Assembly: GCA_047651235.1 (NCBI GenBank)
Contig: CP178758.1
Span: 120,001 to 152,000 of the forward strand
Direction of reading: 5' to 3'
Source of the DNA: Candidatus Electrothrix yaqonensis
Lineage (GTDB): Bacteria > Desulfobacterota > Desulfobulbia > Desulfobulbales > Desulfobulbaceae
DNA length: 32,000 nt
This document shows, in pieces, positions 15,699 to 24,838 of this stretch (the stretch's first letter is position 1; the number at the start of each line of letters is the position of its first letter). Below the pieces are notes generated by a model that was given only the letters and a program-made list of their open reading frames with translations, was not told the DNA's origin and did no database searches. The position numbers and the translations under genes were made by a program.

Positions 15699-16153
15699 TG
15701 GAATGGGCCAGCGTCATCAATAATCCTCTGCTGAAGGATCTGCCGTTCAAGATCGAGCTGAACAAATGGGGAAAAATCCTCATGAGTCCGGCGAGCAACA
15801 ATCACGGCAGACTTCAGTACGAGGTGGGCAGGCGCATTGATCGGCATAAGGGCAGCGGCAAGGTCATCATGGAGTGCTCCATTCAGACCAGTGACGGAGT
15901 CAAGGTTGCTGATGTCGCCTGGGCATCGGATGCGTTTATTGAGAAATTCGGTTACAGCACACCGTACAGGAAAGCTCCTGAAATCTGCGTTGAAATAACC
16001 TCTCCTTCCAACTCAAAAGGTGAGATAGAAGAAAAGGTACAGCTTTATCTGGCAAAGGGAGCGCATGAAGTCTGGGTGGTGAACGAGGACGGCGATACCT
16101 TCTATCATAGTCATGAAGGACAAATTTCCGGCAGCAGAGAAATTAAGGATTAA
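15698..16153 (+). CDS. Uma2 (DUF820) family PD-(D/E)XK nuclease-like protein, short form
   Basis: KIELNKWGKILMSPASNNHG, VADVAW and PEICVEITSPSNSKGEIEEKVQLYLAKGAHEVWVV match the Uma2 core pattern (D...E-x-x-S...K). Confidence 0.75.
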   Translation: MEWASVINNPLLKDLPFKIELNKWGKILMSPASNNHGRLQYEVGRRIDRHKGSGKVIMECSIQTSDGVKVADVAWASDAFIEKFGYSTPYRKAPEICVEITSPSNSKGEIEEKVQLYLAKGAHEVWVVNEDGDTFYHSHEGQISGSREIKD

Positions 16154-16207
16154 TCAAAAAATGAACAACCTCAGCCGCAACGGCATAAACAGCAACGGAG
16201 TATATAT

Positions 16208-17719
16208 ATGAACGGACCATTTCTGCTCACCATGATCTGGGTCGTCCCTTTTATCACCGCCTTGGCCTGTCTGCCCGGCCAACCTGATGACCATCGGCGG
16301 ACCAAGAGGATCTCGCTGATCGGGAATTCGATCAACCTTCTGCTGGTCATTAGCCTGACCCTTCGGTTCATCAGCGCATCAGCGGACAGTCCGGTTGCAG
16401 AGGGCGCAGCAGCCAGCCTGTTCCATTTTACCTATAAGGTCGGCTGGTTCCAGATGATGAACATTGAGTACAACATCGGGGTGGATGCCATTTCCGTGCT
16501 CATGATGCTGCTCACCGCCATTGTTATCTTCTGCGGCGTTCTGGCCAGCTGGGGCGTGGAGAATCAGGCCAAGGAGTTCTTCATTCTCCTGAACGTTCTG
16601 GTAGCCGGAGTCTATGGGGTTTTTATCTCCATTGACCTGTTCACCTTTTTCCTGTTCTACGAGATCGCGGTGCTGCCTATGTACCTGCTCATCGGTCTCT
16701 GGGGCACCGGCAAAAAGGAATACTCAGCCATGAAGCTGACCCTGATGCTGGTGGCCGGTTCCGCCTTTATCCTGGCCGGGATTTTGGCCCTGTATTTTGA
16801 ATCCGGCCTGAACAGCTTTGATCTGCAGCAGCTCTCGCAAGTCCACTTCTCCGAATCTTTCCAGCACTGGGCCTTCCCGGTTATCTTTCTCGGATTCGGG
16901 GTGCTGGGTGCAATTTTCCCCTTTCACACTTGGTCGCCGGACGGCCATGCTTCAGCTCCCACAGCGGTTTCCATGCTCCATGCCGGGGTTCTGATGAAAC
17001 TGGGCGGCTACGGCTGCCTGCGGGTGGGCATGTATCTCCTGCCGGAAGGAGCGCAGATGTGGATGGGATTTTTCCTGATCCTGGTGACCATCAACGTGCT
17101 TTACGGCGCATTCGGGGCGATCCGCCAGACTGACCTGAAATATATCACCGCCTATTCCTCAGTTTCCCACTGCGGACTGGTGCTGTTCGGCTTCACCGCA
17201 TTGACCTTTACCGGCATCAAAGGCGGCGTACTCCAGATGATCTCTCACGGCCTGATGACCGCCCTGTTTTTCTGCCTGATCGGCATGATCTATGGTAGAA
17301 CCCATACCCGGACAGTGAGCGAGATGGGCGGCCTGATGAAGGTGATGCCCTTTCTCTCCGTGGCCTATGTGATTGTCGGGCTGGCCGGACTCGGGCTGCC
17401 CGGTCTGTCTGGTTTTGTGGCTGAGGCCAATGTCTTTGTCGGCTCCTTCAGCAATCCGAACACCATCAACCGGGTCTGCACGGTGCTGGCCGTGCTCTCC
17501 ATTGTGGTGACCGCAGTCTATGTGCTGCGGGCAGTCAACGGGCTGGTCAACGGACCGATAAAAGATCAGTTCAGGACGCTGACAGACGCATCCTTTGTGG
17601 AAAAAATTCCGGTGACGATTCTGCTCGTCTGCCTCTTCGGCATGGGCATCCTGCCCGGCTGGATCGTTGAGCTGGTCAACAATGCTGTTCACCCCATTTA
17701 CAACAACCTGATGCGATAG
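16208..17719 (+). CDS. nuoM: NADH-quinone oxidoreductase subunit M
   Basis: Antiporter-like subunit with FYEIAVLPMYLLIGLWG, FPFHTWSPDGHASAPTAVSMLHAGVLMKLGGYG and AYSSVSHCG. Confidence 0.95.
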   Translation: MNGPFLLTMIWVVPFITALACLPGQPDDHRRTKRISLIGNSINLLLVISLTLRFISASADSPVAEGAAASLFHFTYKVGWFQMMNIEYNIGVDAISVLMMLLTAIVIFCGVLASWGVENQAKEFFILLNVLVAGVYGVFISIDLFTFFLFYEIAVLPMYLLIGLWGTGKKEYSAMKLTLMLVAGSAFILAGILALYFESGLNSFDLQQLSQVHFSESFQHWAFPVIFLGFGVLGAIFPFHTWSPDGHASAPTAVSMLHAGVLMKLGGYGCLRVGMYLLPEGAQMWMGFFLILVTINVLYGAFGAIRQTDLKYITAYSSVSHCGLVLFGFTALTFTGIKGGVLQMISHGLMTALFFCLIGMIYGRTHTRTVSEMGGLMKVMPFLSVAYVIVGLAGLGLPGLSGFVAEANVFVGSFSNPNTINRVCTVLAVLSIVVTAVYVLRAVNGLVNGPIKDQFRTLTDASFVEKIPVTILLVCLFGMGILPGWIVELVNNAVHPIYNNLMR

Positions 17720-17725
17720 ACTCCG

Positions 17726-19159
17726 ATGATACTCTTACTGCCCGATATCTCTCTACTCCTGCTTGCCGCCCTGGTGATGGGCTATGACCTGTATAAGGGC
17801 AAAACCGATCTGGTTTCCACGGCGCCCTTTCATCTGGCCTGGGCCGGATTAACCGGTATTTTTCTGCTCCTGCTCTGCCTGCCTCATAACGGGCCTGCTC
17901 CGGCCCCCTATCTGGGCGGTTATCAGGTCACCGGCACCTCGCTCCTGTTCAAGCAGGTCTTTGTTCTGTCCGCGCTGTTTACCGTGCTGCTTTCACGGCC
18001 CTATTTCACGCCCGGCGGCAGTCATCGGGGAGTGCTCAAATACCGCAGTGAGTTTCTTTTTATCCTCCTACTCTGCACCTTCGGCATGTTCACTGTGGTC
18101 TCGGCCACCGACCTGCTGACCCTGTTCATCGGCATGGAATTGGCCACGATTCCGCTCTACGTGCTGAGCGGATTCCATAAAAAGGATAACCTCTCCGTGG
18201 AGGCTTCCACCAAGTATATTGTTATGGGGTCCGCCTCCACCGGGCTGCTGCTGTTCGGTTATTCCTTTTTTTACGGCGCAGCAGGTTCCCTGACCTTTGA
18301 GGCATTGGCCCAGGCCTGCAGTGCAAACCCGCAGGAGCCGCTGCTCCGGATCGGGGTACTTTTTATGCTGGCCGCCATCGGCTTCAAACTGACCATCTTT
18401 CCCTTTCACATGTGGGCACCGGATGTTTACGATGGCGCGCCCAGCCCGGTGACAGCCTTTATCTCGGTCTCCTCCAAGGCTGTGGCCATCGCCTTTCTTC
18501 TTATTTTGGTCTACGGCCCGCTGGTCGCCATGCACGATCAGCTCCAGCCGATTATTCTTATCTTGGCTGCGGCAACCATGACTGTGGGTAATCTCGGAGC
18601 CTTGAAGCAGGAACGCCTGCGCCGCTTTATGGCCTATTCATCCATTGCCCAGGCCGGATACATCATCATGGCCTTGGTCGGTGATGCCGGAGCTGCCCGC
18701 TCCTCAATCATCTTTTATCTTTTTGTCTACGCAGCTGCCAACTATGCTGTCTTTTTCATCCTCTCCATTATAGGCCGCAACGGCGAAGAGCACCGCAGCG
18801 GGCTGCAGGGCCTGGGGAAAAACAATCCTCTGCTGGCTGGCATCCTGATGCTCACAGCCTTTTCCTTGGCCGGTATCCCGCCTCTTGCCGGTTTTATGGG
18901 CAAATTTTTTCTGTTCGCCTCAGCTGCGGAACAGGGCTATTATTTCATGGTGATCTTTGCCGCCCTGAACTCGACGATCTCGCTCTACTATTACCTCCTG
19001 CTGGTGAAAGAAGCCTACATCATCCAGCCTGCCGGTGAAACCAAACCGCTCGTGCTGGACGGGATTCAGAAGATCAGCCTATTTCTGCTGACGGCGATCA
19101 TGCTGCTGGCCGGAATCTGGCCGTCGGTAAGCAGCAGTATTTTGGCTGTGGCGGGCTAA
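17726..19159 (+). CDS. nuoN: NADH-quinone oxidoreductase subunit N
   Basis: GMELATIPLYVLSGF, FPFHMWAPDVYDGAPSPVTAFISV and AYSSIAQAGY. It is the last gene of the operon. Confidence 0.95.
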   Translation: MILLLPDISLLLLAALVMGYDLYKGKTDLVSTAPFHLAWAGLTGIFLLLLCLPHNGPAPAPYLGGYQVTGTSLLFKQVFVLSALFTVLLSRPYFTPGGSHRGVLKYRSEFLFILLLCTFGMFTVVSATDLLTLFIGMELATIPLYVLSGFHKKDNLSVEASTKYIVMGSASTGLLLFGYSFFYGAAGSLTFEALAQACSANPQEPLLRIGVLFMLAAIGFKLTIFPFHMWAPDVYDGAPSPVTAFISVSSKAVAIAFLLILVYGPLVAMHDQLQPIILILAAATMTVGNLGALKQERLRRFMAYSSIAQAGYIIMALVGDAGAARSSIIFYLFVYAAANYAVFFILSIIGRNGEEHRSGLQGLGKNNPLLAGILMLTAFSLAGIPPLAGFMGKFFLFASAAEQGYYFMVIFAALNSTISLYYYLLLVKEAYIIQPAGETKPLVLDGIQKISLFLLTAIMLLAGIWPSVSSSILAVAG

Positions 19160-19272
19160 CGAGATACCGCCCAGTTATAAAACTGGCTTGATTGGGTTCG
19201 ACAGTGCACAACAAAAGAACGCATGGAGACTAATGAATCCAGCTGTATTCTGGCGCTGGTAGGAAATTAAAA

Positions 19273-20178
19273 ATGGGTATATGCATGAAGGAACCCTTCT
19301 TCACAACATCCCGAGGAATTCGTTACGACACCGATTGCCTCGAAGTGCTTGGAGAAATGAAGTCCGGCACTATCGATACAGTGTTTGCGGATCCACCGTT
19401 TAATATCGGGAAGGACTATAAAAACGGGTACAACGACAAAGTTAGACATACTGACTATTTAACGTGGTGCCGACAATGGATACTTGAATGCTGCCGTGTG
19501 GTAAAACCGGGCGGAGCTTTTTTTCTCTATGCCACACCTGAACTGGCGGTTCAGTTCGCCTCTATTATGGGAGAAGCACTTAATTTCCGCCACTGGATCG
19601 CCCTTTCAATGAAGGGAACGTATCCTCGGGGAAAGAAACTCTATCCTGCCCATTATGCATTGCTGTACTATACGCGGGGCATACCGAAAACATTCAACAA
19701 GCTCAGACTACCCATCGAAACTTGCCGTCATTGCGGAGGTGAAATAAAAAACTACGGCGGACATCGCAATAAAATGCATCCAGAAGGGGTTAATCTTACT
19801 GATTTCTGGCCGGACACCTCTCCGAACCGCCATAAAAAATTCAAGGTTCGTCCGGGGGTAAATGAGCTTAAACTCATCATCCCTGAACGTGCTCTCCTTA
19901 TCTCGACCGAACCCGGAGATATTGTTCTGGATCCTTTCGGAGGTGGCGGTTCCACATATCAGGCGGCAGAGAAACACCAAAGAAATTGGATTGGGACGGA
20001 GCTGTATGATTCAGAACACATCCGCACCCGCATTGAAGCGCATTATTCACTTTCTGCTGCACAACAACCGCAATTCGATGTCAAGGAGCTATTCATACAT
20101 GAAAATAAGCAAAATGAAGTTCTACGGCGGGTCAAGAGAAAAAGTATGTCGTCTGGGGCTGGCGCATATATTTCTTGA
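19273..20178 (+). CDS. Beta-class DNA amino-methyltransferase (N6-A or N4-C)
   Basis: Motif IV VFADPPFNIGKDY comes before motif I VLDPFGGGGSTYQAA, the circularly permuted beta order. An RBS AGGAAA lies upstream. Confidence 0.9.
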   Translation: MGICMKEPFFTTSRGIRYDTDCLEVLGEMKSGTIDTVFADPPFNIGKDYKNGYNDKVRHTDYLTWCRQWILECCRVVKPGGAFFLYATPELAVQFASIMGEALNFRHWIALSMKGTYPRGKKLYPAHYALLYYTRGIPKTFNKLRLPIETCRHCGGEIKNYGGHRNKMHPEGVNLTDFWPDTSPNRHKKFKVRPGVNELKLIIPERALLISTEPGDIVLDPFGGGGSTYQAAEKHQRNWIGTELYDSEHIRTRIEAHYSLSAAQQPQFDVKELFIHENKQNEVLRRVKRKSMSSGAGAYIS

Positions 20179-20656
20179 GCTGCAGGAACTCCTTATCTCG
20201 ACTGAGATTAAAATTCTTGACAGGAAACAGTCAAACGGTGCCGGACGAGTGCGAGAGTTAATTGATGCCCAATTCGGGCATTACAAAGACTGGGTTCAAG
20301 CGAAATCAGGAGATATTGATTGGGTCAAACGATTTCGTTACAACCAGACCATTGTCTCCAGAATTGGGGTTGAAATTCAGGTTTCCGGCAGAAGCGACCT
20401 GCGTGCACGTGACATCGTCCACATAAGAAACAATCTTCAGGACAGTCATATAGATGTCGGTATCATTGTTGTTCCGTCGGATGAATTCAAATATTTTCTG
20501 ACCGACCGGGTCGCCAGTTTCAGTTACGCAGTACGCTATGTTGAAGAGGAACTTCGCGAGGCCCAGTCTTATCCCATTATTCTGCTGGGCATAGAGCATG
20601 ATGGATTCTCGGATGAACCTTTACCTAAAAAGAGGACCAACAAGGGTAAAAACTGA
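20099..20656 (+). CDS. Putative type II restriction endonuclease, BglII/BamHI-fold-like
   Basis: The core DWVKRF....IVSRIGVEIQVSGRSD ... VGIIVVPSD ... PIILLGI resembles my memory of BglII (D...LVEVQFS...VAIIIT...PIRLVGL). The start is the ATG at 20099 or 20114, overlapping the MTase 3-prime end. The earlier part of the track ORF (19862-) is out-of-frame read-through of the MTase. Confidence 0.6.
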   Translation: MKISKMKFYGGSREKVCRLGLAHIFLELQELLISTEIKILDRKQSNGAGRVRELIDAQFGHYKDWVQAKSGDIDWVKRFRYNQTIVSRIGVEIQVSGRSDLRARDIVHIRNNLQDSHIDVGIIVVPSDEFKYFLTDRVASFSYAVRYVEEELREAQSYPIILLGIEHDGFSDEPLPKKRTNKGKN

Positions 20657-20783
20657 TCTTAGAAGCTGTTTTAAAAACTTCCGTTTCAGAATAGAGTCCT
20701 CTTCTCATAACCCGATGAATCAGAGAGGGGAGGGGAAAATTGAAGTTCAGGACGGATAGGTATATTCAGTAAAGGAGTATGCT

Positions 20784-21041
20784 ATGGACCTGCTTGTAGA
20801 GTATCATCTCTGGATTATGATTGCTGCCTTGGTTGGCCTTGTTCTGTTGCCTAAAAAACACAGAAAAAAGAAATCCGTCATGACCCTGATTTGCGTCTTG
20901 GCCTTTTCTGTGGGCTATGAACTGATCATGGGGGAACCGGTCACCAGAATGCCGGGCCGGATAGACCGCGCTCTGAACCAGGAAGGGGCAGGAAAAAGTG
21001 AGAATGTGAAGTATTATAAAGATCCTCTTGAGAACATGTAG
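20784..21041 (+). CDS. Small membrane protein (two predicted TM helices), function unknown
   Basis: Good RBS (AAGGAG, 7 nt upstream). Hydrophobic segments WIMIAALVGLVLL and LICVLAFSVGYELI. Confidence 0.45.
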   Translation: MDLLVEYHLWIMIAALVGLVLLPKKHRKKKSVMTLICVLAFSVGYELIMGEPVTRMPGRIDRALNQEGAGKSENVKYYKDPLENM

Positions 21042-21216
21042 AGCCCTCTGAAGGGTAACCGTTCTGAAAACAGGTCGATTCTATAGTTGTTCATAAATAA
21101 ATGCCAAGCTCACAAAAACAGCCAGTTAAAAAACGGGATATGGCTAAGCAGGCTTATTTGGGAACAACTCTAATACAATATGAGGTAGCAGAGTATCAGA
21201 GTGCCCGGAACAGATT

Positions 21217-22104
21217 TTACTCCCGGATATGAGCGGCCAGAAAGAACAGAAGTTGTTCGGCTATACGGATTTGACCCTCCCGGTTGAGATGCCCGCTGTC
21301 ATTCGTGTATTCTTTAGCCATCGCCGGAATTTTTTTGTCAGCACTTTGCTGATAGACCAACTCTCCGCCCGGAGTATGCGATTCATACTTGGCAAGATCA
21401 AATATTTCATCCTGCGTATAGCGCTCTATTATTTTTTTATTCCACTCGAAGCGGGCAAGATTATTATCGGTTCCTGTAGGTTTGCCCGTGATGAATTTTA
21501 TTGTCTGTTTGAACTGGCCTTTCAGGGACATCGGACTTGAGGTCAGAGGACAGGTCCAATGAAGAAAACGGATTCCTGGATTCTTCTTCTCTAACTGATC
21601 AATCTCCTGCGCATACCGTTCAAACAGCAGCTCCAGCTTCCTCGAAGCATTGATATCCACATAGCAAAGTTTCATAAAGGCAATATCCGGCTCGGCAGAC
21701 CGAATTTTATCGATCTTTTCCTGAAAGCTGTCAATTTTTTTGCCGGGATCGGTATTGAAGCCGAGCGGTGTATGATAAAAACCGGGGGCAGCCATTTCAG
21801 CCGGGTCTTCCGTTTTGACAATATTCAGCTTCAGCTCCGGATATTGTTCTCCGATCTGTTTCAATCCCTCAATAATATTGTAGCCTACGGACATATGGGC
21901 GAAGAAGATCTTCTGTGATCTGAGCTGCTGACCGACCTGTTGACGCTGCTCAGTGTCCATCGTACTGAGCCTGCTCAGCTCAATCTTTGCAGAGGTATCA
22001 AGAACTGTCTCATTCTGTTGCATAGCTGTACACCAAATTCCCGCCAGTAAGAGTATGGATAAAATGATAAGCAAAAATATTCTGTTACGGGTTATCAGTT
22101 TCAT
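21217..22104 (-). CDS. Exported or membrane-anchored hypothetical protein, last gene of the biosynthetic cluster
   Basis: N-terminal signal/anchor MKLITRNRIFLLIILSILLLAGIW. ATGA overlap with the upstream NadE-like gene. No family recognised. Confidence 0.6.
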   Translation of the reverse strand: MKLITRNRIFLLIILSILLLAGIWCTAMQQNETVLDTSAKIELSRLSTMDTEQRQQVGQQLRSQKIFFAHMSVGYNIIEGLKQIGEQYPELKLNIVKTEDPAEMAAPGFYHTPLGFNTDPGKKIDSFQEKIDKIRSAEPDIAFMKLCYVDINASRKLELLFERYAQEIDQLEKKNPGIRFLHWTCPLTSSPMSLKGQFKQTIKFITGKPTGTDNNLARFEWNKKIIERYTQDEIFDLAKYESHTPGGELVYQQSADKKIPAMAKEYTNDSGHLNREGQIRIAEQLLFFLAAHIRE

Positions 22105-23105
22105 AATACAGTTCGCTCCTCAGTTACCGGCTCCACCAACAGGGGAGCAAGCTGCAGATATCTGGTCGTCTTCCGTTTCTGATCAATATCATTATATACC
22201 CACTGAGCCTGCTGTTCCGTCAGCCCGACGGCCGGGGCTACTTCTTCCGGGGAATAGTTATTGTTTCTCCCATACAGACAAAGATCCATCTTATCGTAGG
22301 GTAGGGAAAAATAAAATTCCTCCTGCGACTGGGGTAATGAATAGGTGTCCGTGGTGGGTGCGCGTTGTACGATCTCTGCTGGCAGGCCGAGATGTTCTGC
22401 CAGCCTGTATACCTGCGATTTATACAGATGGGCGATCGGTTTCACATCAGCTGCTCCGTCGCCGAGCTTTACAAAAAAGCCCTGATCATATTCAAGGCGG
22501 TTCGGCGTACCGGCCACTGCGTAATGCAGCCTGTCCGCATGGTAATATTCAAGCACCTTTCTTGTCCGCTGTTTGAAATTTGTTGCCGCAACAATCCCCA
22601 AGTACGCTGCATGGTTCAGCCTGGTGCTGATCTGTTTGCCGTCCGGGGATTGGACGACGATGGAAAAAGCTCTATACGCTGCGCCTTTTTCCAGAACACT
22701 CGGCAGGACGATTTTACACTTCCAGTCATCGCCGAATTCCGGAACAACCTGCCGGATGGCCTGGTTGCGGCGGCGGTAGCAGCCGAACTCTGTCAGCATA
22801 GGTGTAATCACCTCTTCTGTCCAGTTTATGTCCAGATGACGGCACAGCAGTTTTCCGTACTGCTCGGTCTCTTCGGACGAGTCCTGTTCCGGCATCAGCA
22901 GCCCGAAAACACGCTCTTTGCCGACCGCCTGTACACAGAGGGCCGCTGTAGTGCTGCTATCAATGCCGCCGGAAATGCCGAGCACAATGCCCTTGCGTTT
23001 TAAATCGCTTTGCAGTGCTTTGCGGATACTTTCTGCAATACGCCCGATTTCCTGATCACAGTCCAGATTCAGAATATCCGGGCTGAATGCTTTATGTGCT
23101 GTCAT
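22101..23105 (-). CDS. NAD+ synthetase (NadE)-like PP-loop ATP pyrophosphatase / amidating enzyme
   Basis: PP-loop GISGGIDSSTTAAL. Also NadE-like FGLLMPE, YYHADRL and PTTDTYSLPQSQEEF regions. Confidence 0.8.
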   Translation of the reverse strand: MTAHKAFSPDILNLDCDQEIGRIAESIRKALQSDLKRKGIVLGISGGIDSSTTAALCVQAVGKERVFGLLMPEQDSSEETEQYGKLLCRHLDINWTEEVITPMLTEFGCYRRRNQAIRQVVPEFGDDWKCKIVLPSVLEKGAAYRAFSIVVQSPDGKQISTRLNHAAYLGIVAATNFKQRTRKVLEYYHADRLHYAVAGTPNRLEYDQGFFVKLGDGAADVKPIAHLYKSQVYRLAEHLGLPAEIVQRAPTTDTYSLPQSQEEFYFSLPYDKMDLCLYGRNNNYSPEEVAPAVGLTEQQAQWVYNDIDQKRKTTRYLQLAPLLVEPVTEERTVL

Positions 23106-23174
23106 TTTGCCGTTTCCTTATTTTTTGTAAGTTCGTTCCGGCAGACTCTCGATTATTTCTCGTGAACATCAAGT

Positions 23175-24758
23175 TCATGTCTGCATCTTTTCCTGCTGTT
23201 TCAGTACTTTTTTGTCCACTTTACCATTCGGCGTTTCGGGCAGTGCATCTATAAATTCAACAGCCTGCGGGACCATAAAACGCTCCATATTGTCCATCGC
23301 ATACTTCTGGATATCCTCTGCCGAGACCGCAGCATCAGCTGATTTTACGATAAATGCCTTGGGTATCTGGCCCAGAACAGGCTCAGGAATTCCGATAACC
23401 GCCACTTCCGCCACCCCGGGATGCTGACTCAATACATTCTCAATTTCTTTTGGACTTACCCGCTCTCCACGGGTTTTGATCATGTCATCTTTTCTGCCGA
23501 GAAAATAAAGATATCCCTCTTCATCCTGTTTAAAATAGTCACCGGAATAGAGATACCGCTGATGCAGCAGCTCACCATTTCGGTACACCTGAGCACTGAG
23601 GGCCGGATTTTGCCAGTATCCGGACATAACATTTGAGCCCTGAATCACCAGTTCACCTGCTTCACCGGGTTTGACCGGATTTCCATCCTCATCAACGATA
23701 AAAACCCGACAGTTCGGTATAGCCTTTCCTACCGAATCCGGTCGAACATCTATCTGATCCGGCGGCAGATAACTGACCCGTTTGCATTCTGTGAGTCCGT
23801 ACATCGAATATATCTGTACTTCCGGAAAAAGAGAGCGGAAGCGCTGAATATGCCCGACCGGCAGGGCTGCTCCGGCATTGGTGAGAAACCGGAGCGAAGA
23901 AAAATCATATTGTGACAGCTCCTGCAGGTTCAGCATCATTGCCATGACCGTAGGAACCAGCGGAAAACCTGTAACCTTGTATTCACTGATTTTTGAAAGC
24001 AGCTGATGAAAAAAGGTAAATGATTGTTCAAGGACAACTGTACCACCGCACATGACGCTCATGATGATCTGATACAGCCCGTAGCCGAATGACATCGGCA
24101 GGACACAGAGAATTACATCATCAGCACTCTGTTGCGTATACTGGATGACACTCCGCGCTGCGGATATCATATTCATATGGGTACATATAACGCCTTTAGG
24201 TTCTCCGGTAGAACCTGAGGTATAAATCAGAGCCGCCATATCCTGATCTATAATCTCATCCATCGGCGGCAGATCGGACAGGTCTGATATCTGTGCAATC
24301 AGCGTCTCAAAAGCAAGGCAGTTATTGAACTGCTCCTGCACTGTGGCGTTGCTCCGGGTAAATATAAGGCACAGATTTTCAGTGTATTCCTGCACCGCCT
24401 CTTTGACAACATGAGCTTTCTGTCCGGAACTGATCAGAAAACGTGCCTGAGAATCCTTCAGGATAAAAGAAAGCTTGGGAGCTTTCAGCTGTCCGTTTAA
24501 GGGGATAAATACACACCCGACTTTCAACGCTGCAAATAATGCGATTACCGCCTCAATGGAATTATCCAGAAAAATAATAATCCTATCCTGATGCGAAACA
24601 CCCTGCCTGTGGAATGCAGATGCCAGATTGTCGCTCTGCTCGTTGAGCTGTCGAAAGGTGATGCGTTGGCTGCCGCATATTATGAGTGTCTTATCCGGGC
24701 GTTCTCCCGCAGACCTTTTCAGCCATTCATGGACTAATACTGGATAGTTACCTGGCAT
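23175..24758 (-). CDS. AMP-dependent synthetase/ligase (acyl-CoA or acyl-ACP ligase)
   Basis: Adenylation core motifs YTSGSTGEPKGV, YGLTE, GELVIQG, and SGDYF...GYLYFLGRKDDMIKTRGERVSPKEIE. Confidence 0.9.
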   Translation of the reverse strand: MPGNYPVLVHEWLKRSAGERPDKTLIICGSQRITFRQLNEQSDNLASAFHRQGVSHQDRIIIFLDNSIEAVIALFAALKVGCVFIPLNGQLKAPKLSFILKDSQARFLISSGQKAHVVKEAVQEYTENLCLIFTRSNATVQEQFNNCLAFETLIAQISDLSDLPPMDEIIDQDMAALIYTSGSTGEPKGVICTHMNMISAARSVIQYTQQSADDVILCVLPMSFGYGLYQIIMSVMCGGTVVLEQSFTFFHQLLSKISEYKVTGFPLVPTVMAMMLNLQELSQYDFSSLRFLTNAGAALPVGHIQRFRSLFPEVQIYSMYGLTECKRVSYLPPDQIDVRPDSVGKAIPNCRVFIVDEDGNPVKPGEAGELVIQGSNVMSGYWQNPALSAQVYRNGELLHQRYLYSGDYFKQDEEGYLYFLGRKDDMIKTRGERVSPKEIENVLSQHPGVAEVAVIGIPEPVLGQIPKAFIVKSADAAVSAEDIQKYAMDNMERFMVPQAVEFIDALPETPNGKVDKKVLKQQEKMQT

Positions 24759-24838
24759 AGCAATTTCTTATTTCAAGGATATCAGCTGATAACCGGGACT
24801 GTTGAACCGTATAACCTCTGCGTTACGTAACAAAAAAA

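Noticed and set aside
17159-18535. Minus-strand ORFs 17159-17692 and 18068-18535
   Set aside because: They are antisense to nuoM and nuoN. Their His/Gly/Gln-rich products are typical of antisense frames of membrane-protein genes.
19169-19187. Short inverted repeat (CCAGTT-n-AACTGG) after nuoN, considered as the operon terminator
   Set aside because: Only about 6 bp of stem and no clear U-tract. Too weak to report as a feature.
19862-20098. 5-prime part of the track ORF 19862-20656
   Set aside because: It overlaps the MTase coding region in another frame. The BglII-like similarity begins only after the Met residues at 20099 and 20114.
22365-23003. 212-aa + strand ORF
   Set aside because: It is antisense to the NadE-like gene, which has a clear PP-loop motif.
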